Assembly: GCA_034530875.2 (NCBI GenBank)
Contig: JAVRCJ020000008.1
Location: forward strand, 96,001 to 160,000
Length of the DNA: 64,000 bases
Reading direction: 5' to 3'
DNA from: Nostoc sp. DedSLP01
GTDB lineage: Bacteria > Cyanobacteriota > Cyanobacteriia > Cyanobacteriales > Nostocaceae
The translations under genes and the position numbers were made by a program. Numbering within the stretch: position 1 is the stretch's first letter; every line of letters starts with the position of its first letter. Below, in pieces: positions 60,714 to 64,000 of the stretch. Under the pieces are notes generated by a model. It was not told where the DNA came from, did not search any database, and was given only the letters and a program-made list of their open reading frames with translations.

Positions 60714-60781
60714 AGTTACGAGTTAAAAATTAAGAGTTAGGAGTTAGGAGCTTTTAACTCATAATTCCTAACTCCTAACTT
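60714..60781. repeat. STRR inverted heptamer tract (GAGTTAG / CTAACTC), potential hairpin
   Basis: gagttaggagttaggag ... ttcctaactcctaact. Confidence 0.75.
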
Positions 60782-60795
60782 CTTTACCCTCACCA

Positions 60796-63700
60796 CTATC
60801 TTGTTAAGGTGAGAGTGCGGCGCTTAGTAACCATCTGGTAGGCTTCGATGATATCACCTTCAGCCCAGTCATTGAATTTATCAATGCCGACACCGCATTC
60901 ATAACCGGCGTTAACCTCGCGGGCATCTTCTTTCATCCGTTTTAGGGAGTCAAGCACGCCTTCATAGATTACTTTACCGCTGCGTCGCACCCGCACTTTA
61001 CAGTTGCGAATCAGCTTGCCAGATTGAACGTAGCAACCGGCAACCGCACCACGACCGACAGGGAAGACGGCGCGGACTTCGGTTTGACCCAAGGCTTCTT
61101 CCACCAACTCTGGTTCGAGAAGTCCTTCCAAAGCATCTTGAATATCTTCAAGTAGTTTGTAGATGACGTTGTATTCGCGAACATCTACCCCCGCTTCATC
61201 AGCAGCTTGTCTGGCACCACTAGCAAAGGTGGTGTTGAAGCCAATAATTACAGCGTTACTAGCAGATGCTAAGTCGATATCTGTCTCGGTAATTTCGCCA
61301 GCAGTAGCCAATAGCATCCGGATTTGGACTTCGTTTTGCGGGATTTGCTTGAGCGCTCCCACAATGGCTTCTACTGAACCTTGTACGTCTCCCTTCAAGA
61401 TCAAGTTGAGTTCTTTCAACTCGCCTTCTTGTGCTTGAGCTGAGAGGGTTGTAAGGGTGACGCGTCCTTGCAGCAGCCGCGATAGGCGTTGTTTGTCGGC
61501 GCGATCGCTTGCTAGGTTTCTGGCTTCTTTTTCGTTCTCGAAAACCTCGAACTCGTCGCCTGCCGCTGGGACATCACTTAACCCCAGCACCTCAACCGCA
61601 AAGGATGGAGAAGCAACTTCAACTCTTGCGCCTCTGTCGTTAACCATTGCCCGCACTTTACCAAAGGCGGAGCCAGCCACGAGCATATCTCCGACATGCA
61701 AAGTACCATTCTGAATGAGCAAGGTAGCAACTGCTCCCTTGGCTTTATCGAGATGTGCTTCGATGACAGTTCCTCTAGCAGCACGGTCTGGGTTGGCGGA
61801 TAGTTCTGCTACTTCTGCGACCAAGAGAATCATCTCTAAGAGCGTATCTAGGTTTTCACCTTTAATAGCGCTCACTGGCACCATGATTGTGTCACCGCCC
61901 CATTCTTCTGCTGTCAACCCGTACTGGGTGAGTTCTTGTTTCACCCGGTCTGGCTGTGCAGCTTCTTTATCAATTTTGTTAATGGCGACGACAATTGGCA
62001 CTCCTGCTGCTTGGGCGTGGCTAATGGCTTCAATGGTTTGGGGACGAACGCCATCATCGGCAGCTACTACTAACACAGCAATATCTGTTACGCGCGCTCC
62101 TCGGGCCCGCATAGCTGTAAAGGCTTCGTGACCGGGAGTGTCTAGGAAAACTATCTGCTGTGGTTTGCCTTCGTGTACCACGTCCACATGATATGCACCG
62201 ATGTGTTGTGTAATACCACCAGCTTCGCCAGCAGCGACTTTGGTTTTACGAATCGAGTCGAGCAGAGTTGTTTTACCGTGGTCTACGTGACCCATAATTG
62301 TCACCACTGGCGGACGCCGATGGAGATTTTCTAGGTCTTCGGCGCTGACCATTTCCGTAACCTTCCGAGCTTCTGCTTCTGGTTCGGCGGTTTCAACTTC
62401 TACTTCTAGTTCTTTTGCTACCAGGGTAATTGTCGGAATATCAAGATTTTGAGTGATGCTCACTGCCATGCCTTTCAGGAACAGGATTTTCACAATCTCT
62501 GTATCGGCAACAACGAGGAGGTCAGCCAATTCTTGGACGGTCATTGGCCCTGTGACTATGACTTTTTCCGGACGTTCGCGCTTGGTTTCTACTTCTTGGC
62601 GACGGTTTTGGTCGCGGTTGGAAGTAGATTTTTTATTTCTTGCTGTTGGTGCAGCAGCTAAAGCGGCAGCTGGAGCTTGTGCTGGTCTTGCTGCTTTGGG
62701 TTTGGGAGGACGGGCGATGGAAAGACTAACTTGGACGGTAGCTGGTGAGTCTAGATCGTCATCATCGAGCAAATCGTCTTCAAATTCGTCATCATCCAAG
62801 AGTATTGGCTTGTTCCGCTTGCCTTTTACGCCAGCTTTACCTGCTTTCTCTTTAACTTCGTCAATGATTTCTTCTTCTATCCACTTTTTACCGCCTTTGG
62901 CTGGTCGAGGTGGAGTTGGACGTTTTAAATCCAGGAGATCGGGTGCGATTGGCTCGTCACCTAGTACCTCGGTTTTCGCCGCTGTTGCTGACAGATGCCT
63001 TGGTGGAGTAGCGATAGGCATTGCTGCGGCTACGGCTTCACCAGGACGTGCGGGCCGGGGTCGTTGCCCGTCTCCAATAGGTGATGGTGCTGATGGCCTA
63101 CTCCCTCTTTGCTCCGGTTTAACGGGTGAAGGGGTGGGACGAGGCTGCTTTTGTGGTGCACCTTGTGGGTTTTGGTCAGCTGGCAGTTTAGCGACTTTGG
63201 GCTTAATTGGACGATCGCGATCGCCTTCTGTCGGCTGTGGACGTTCGCGTTTGAGGATCGGCCTGTCTGTCGGAGGTTGCTGCTCGGTAACTTGTGGTTG
63301 TTCCGCCGCAGGTCTTGCTGGTGGCGCAACTAATTGCGGTTTTTGAGGTTTTTCCGTCTTGGGTCTGGGCCCAATAACTTTTTCCGGTTTTTGAGCAACT
63401 GTTTTTTCCTGTGGCGGATTTTGATTGGGTGTTGGTTCCAAGTCTTTAACAGCAGGCGGTTGCTCTGGGGTCTCAGATTGATTCCGGGGTACAGGTCGAG
63501 TTGGTGCCGTCGGCTTCATGGGTGAGACTGGTGTAGCGAAAGGCCGTGGAGGTGATGGAGGATTAGCTTCAGACAATGCAGCTTGGGTATTGGTAGCAAC
63601 TGACGCCTCTTGGGCGTTGGGGGTATTATTTCTCAATATTTTGGGTTTGCGTATTTCCAAAATTTGCTGTTTGTGAGGTGCAGCAGGTCGGTTACGTCCG

Positions 63701-63933
63701 CCGTTGGGTAATGAATTTGATTTATGGCTGGTTGTACCTAGTTCCTTCTTTGGCGTCACAGTAGCTGCGTGTTTTTCCGCAGCAGTGCGAATCTGTTCTG
63801 CCTCGGATTCTGAAATTGTGCTGCTATGACTTTTGACCGCGATGTTGAGCTGGTCGCAAATTGCTAATAGCTCTTTGTTATCCAAATTCAATTCCTTTGA
63901 TAATTCATAGATTCTTACTTTGCCGTTGTTCAT
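60796..63933 (-). CDS. infB: Translation initiation factor IF-2
   Basis: [44 protein letters not shown]. Confidence 0.99.
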   Translation of the reverse strand: MNNGKVRIYELSKELNLDNKELLAICDQLNIAVKSHSSTISESEAEQIRTAAEKHAATVTPKKELGTTSHKSNSLPNGGRNRPAAPHKQQILEIRKPKILRNNTPNAQEASVATNTQAALSEANPPSPPRPFATPVSPMKPTAPTRPVPRNQSETPEQPPAVKDLEPTPNQNPPQEKTVAQKPEKVIGPRPKTEKPQKPQLVAPPARPAAEQPQVTEQQPPTDRPILKRERPQPTEGDRDRPIKPKVAKLPADQNPQGAPQKQPRPTPSPVKPEQRGSRPSAPSPIGDGQRPRPARPGEAVAAAMPIATPPRHLSATAAKTEVLGDEPIAPDLLDLKRPTPPRPAKGGKKWIEEEIIDEVKEKAGKAGVKGKRNKPILLDDDEFEDDLLDDDDLDSPATVQVSLSIARPPKPKAARPAQAPAAALAAAPTARNKKSTSNRDQNRRQEVETKRERPEKVIVTGPMTVQELADLLVVADTEIVKILFLKGMAVSITQNLDIPTITLVAKELEVEVETAEPEAEARKVTEMVSAEDLENLHRRPPVVTIMGHVDHGKTTLLDSIRKTKVAAGEAGGITQHIGAYHVDVVHEGKPQQIVFLDTPGHEAFTAMRARGARVTDIAVLVVAADDGVRPQTIEAISHAQAAGVPIVVAINKIDKEAAQPDRVKQELTQYGLTAEEWGGDTIMVPVSAIKGENLDTLLEMILLVAEVAELSANPDRAARGTVIEAHLDKAKGAVATLLIQNGTLHVGDMLVAGSAFGKVRAMVNDRGARVEVASPSFAVEVLGLSDVPAAGDEFEVFENEKEARNLASDRADKQRLSRLLQGRVTLTTLSAQAQEGELKELNLILKGDVQGSVEAIVGALKQIPQNEVQIRMLLATAGEITETDIDLASASNAVIIGFNTTFASGARQAADEAGVDVREYNVIYKLLEDIQDALEGLLEPELVEEALGQTEVRAVFPVGRGAVAGCYVQSGKLIRNCKVRVRRSGKVIYEGVLDSLKRMKEDAREVNAGYECGVGIDKFNDWAEGDIIEAYQMVTKRRTLTLTR

Positions 63934-64000
63934 CCACTCTTCCCCTTTAATTTACAGTTTTAGCGGATGGCTGCCTGGGAGTGCGACATCTCCATCCTTC

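Noticed and set aside
62453..63346. 297-aa plus-strand ORF
   Set aside because: Antisense shadow of the Pro-rich infB N-terminus with no independent coding signal

Overview
Chromosomal segment of a heterocyst-forming-type cyanobacterium (Nostoc/Anabaena-like), judged from frequent HIP1 octamers (GCGATCGC), heptameric STRR tandem repeats and gene content. The core backbone carries lysS (with a KTSC tail), ppk1, sasA, a GGDEF response regulator, CRR7, tRNA-Thr(CGT) and infB. Two accessory blocks stand out. (1) An AT-rich three-gene module at 13.7-18.1 kb encodes a 950-aa exported protein with an outer-membrane beta-barrel-type C-terminus facing two paralogous ~140-aa secreted proteins that share a C-terminal IIRAGAGxNGLGxL[DE] motif; I cannot assign it to a known system and it is the best candidate for an undescribed surface-fibre or export system. 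(2) A ~24-kb minus-strand Wzy-type polysaccharide cluster (29.5-53.7 kb) has WbgX/Y/Z-like amino-sugar genes, a uronate epimerase, several tailoring enzymes, a MurJ-type flippase and a Wzc lacking its tyrosine tail. It also holds a three-piece chimeric deletion scar and a triplicated asnB 3' end. Many MITE/REP/SDR-like repeats occur, some nested and some in-frame within genes, along with two gene remnants and one 59-aa gene missed by the ORF track. Family assignments come from motif recognition and recall, not database searches.
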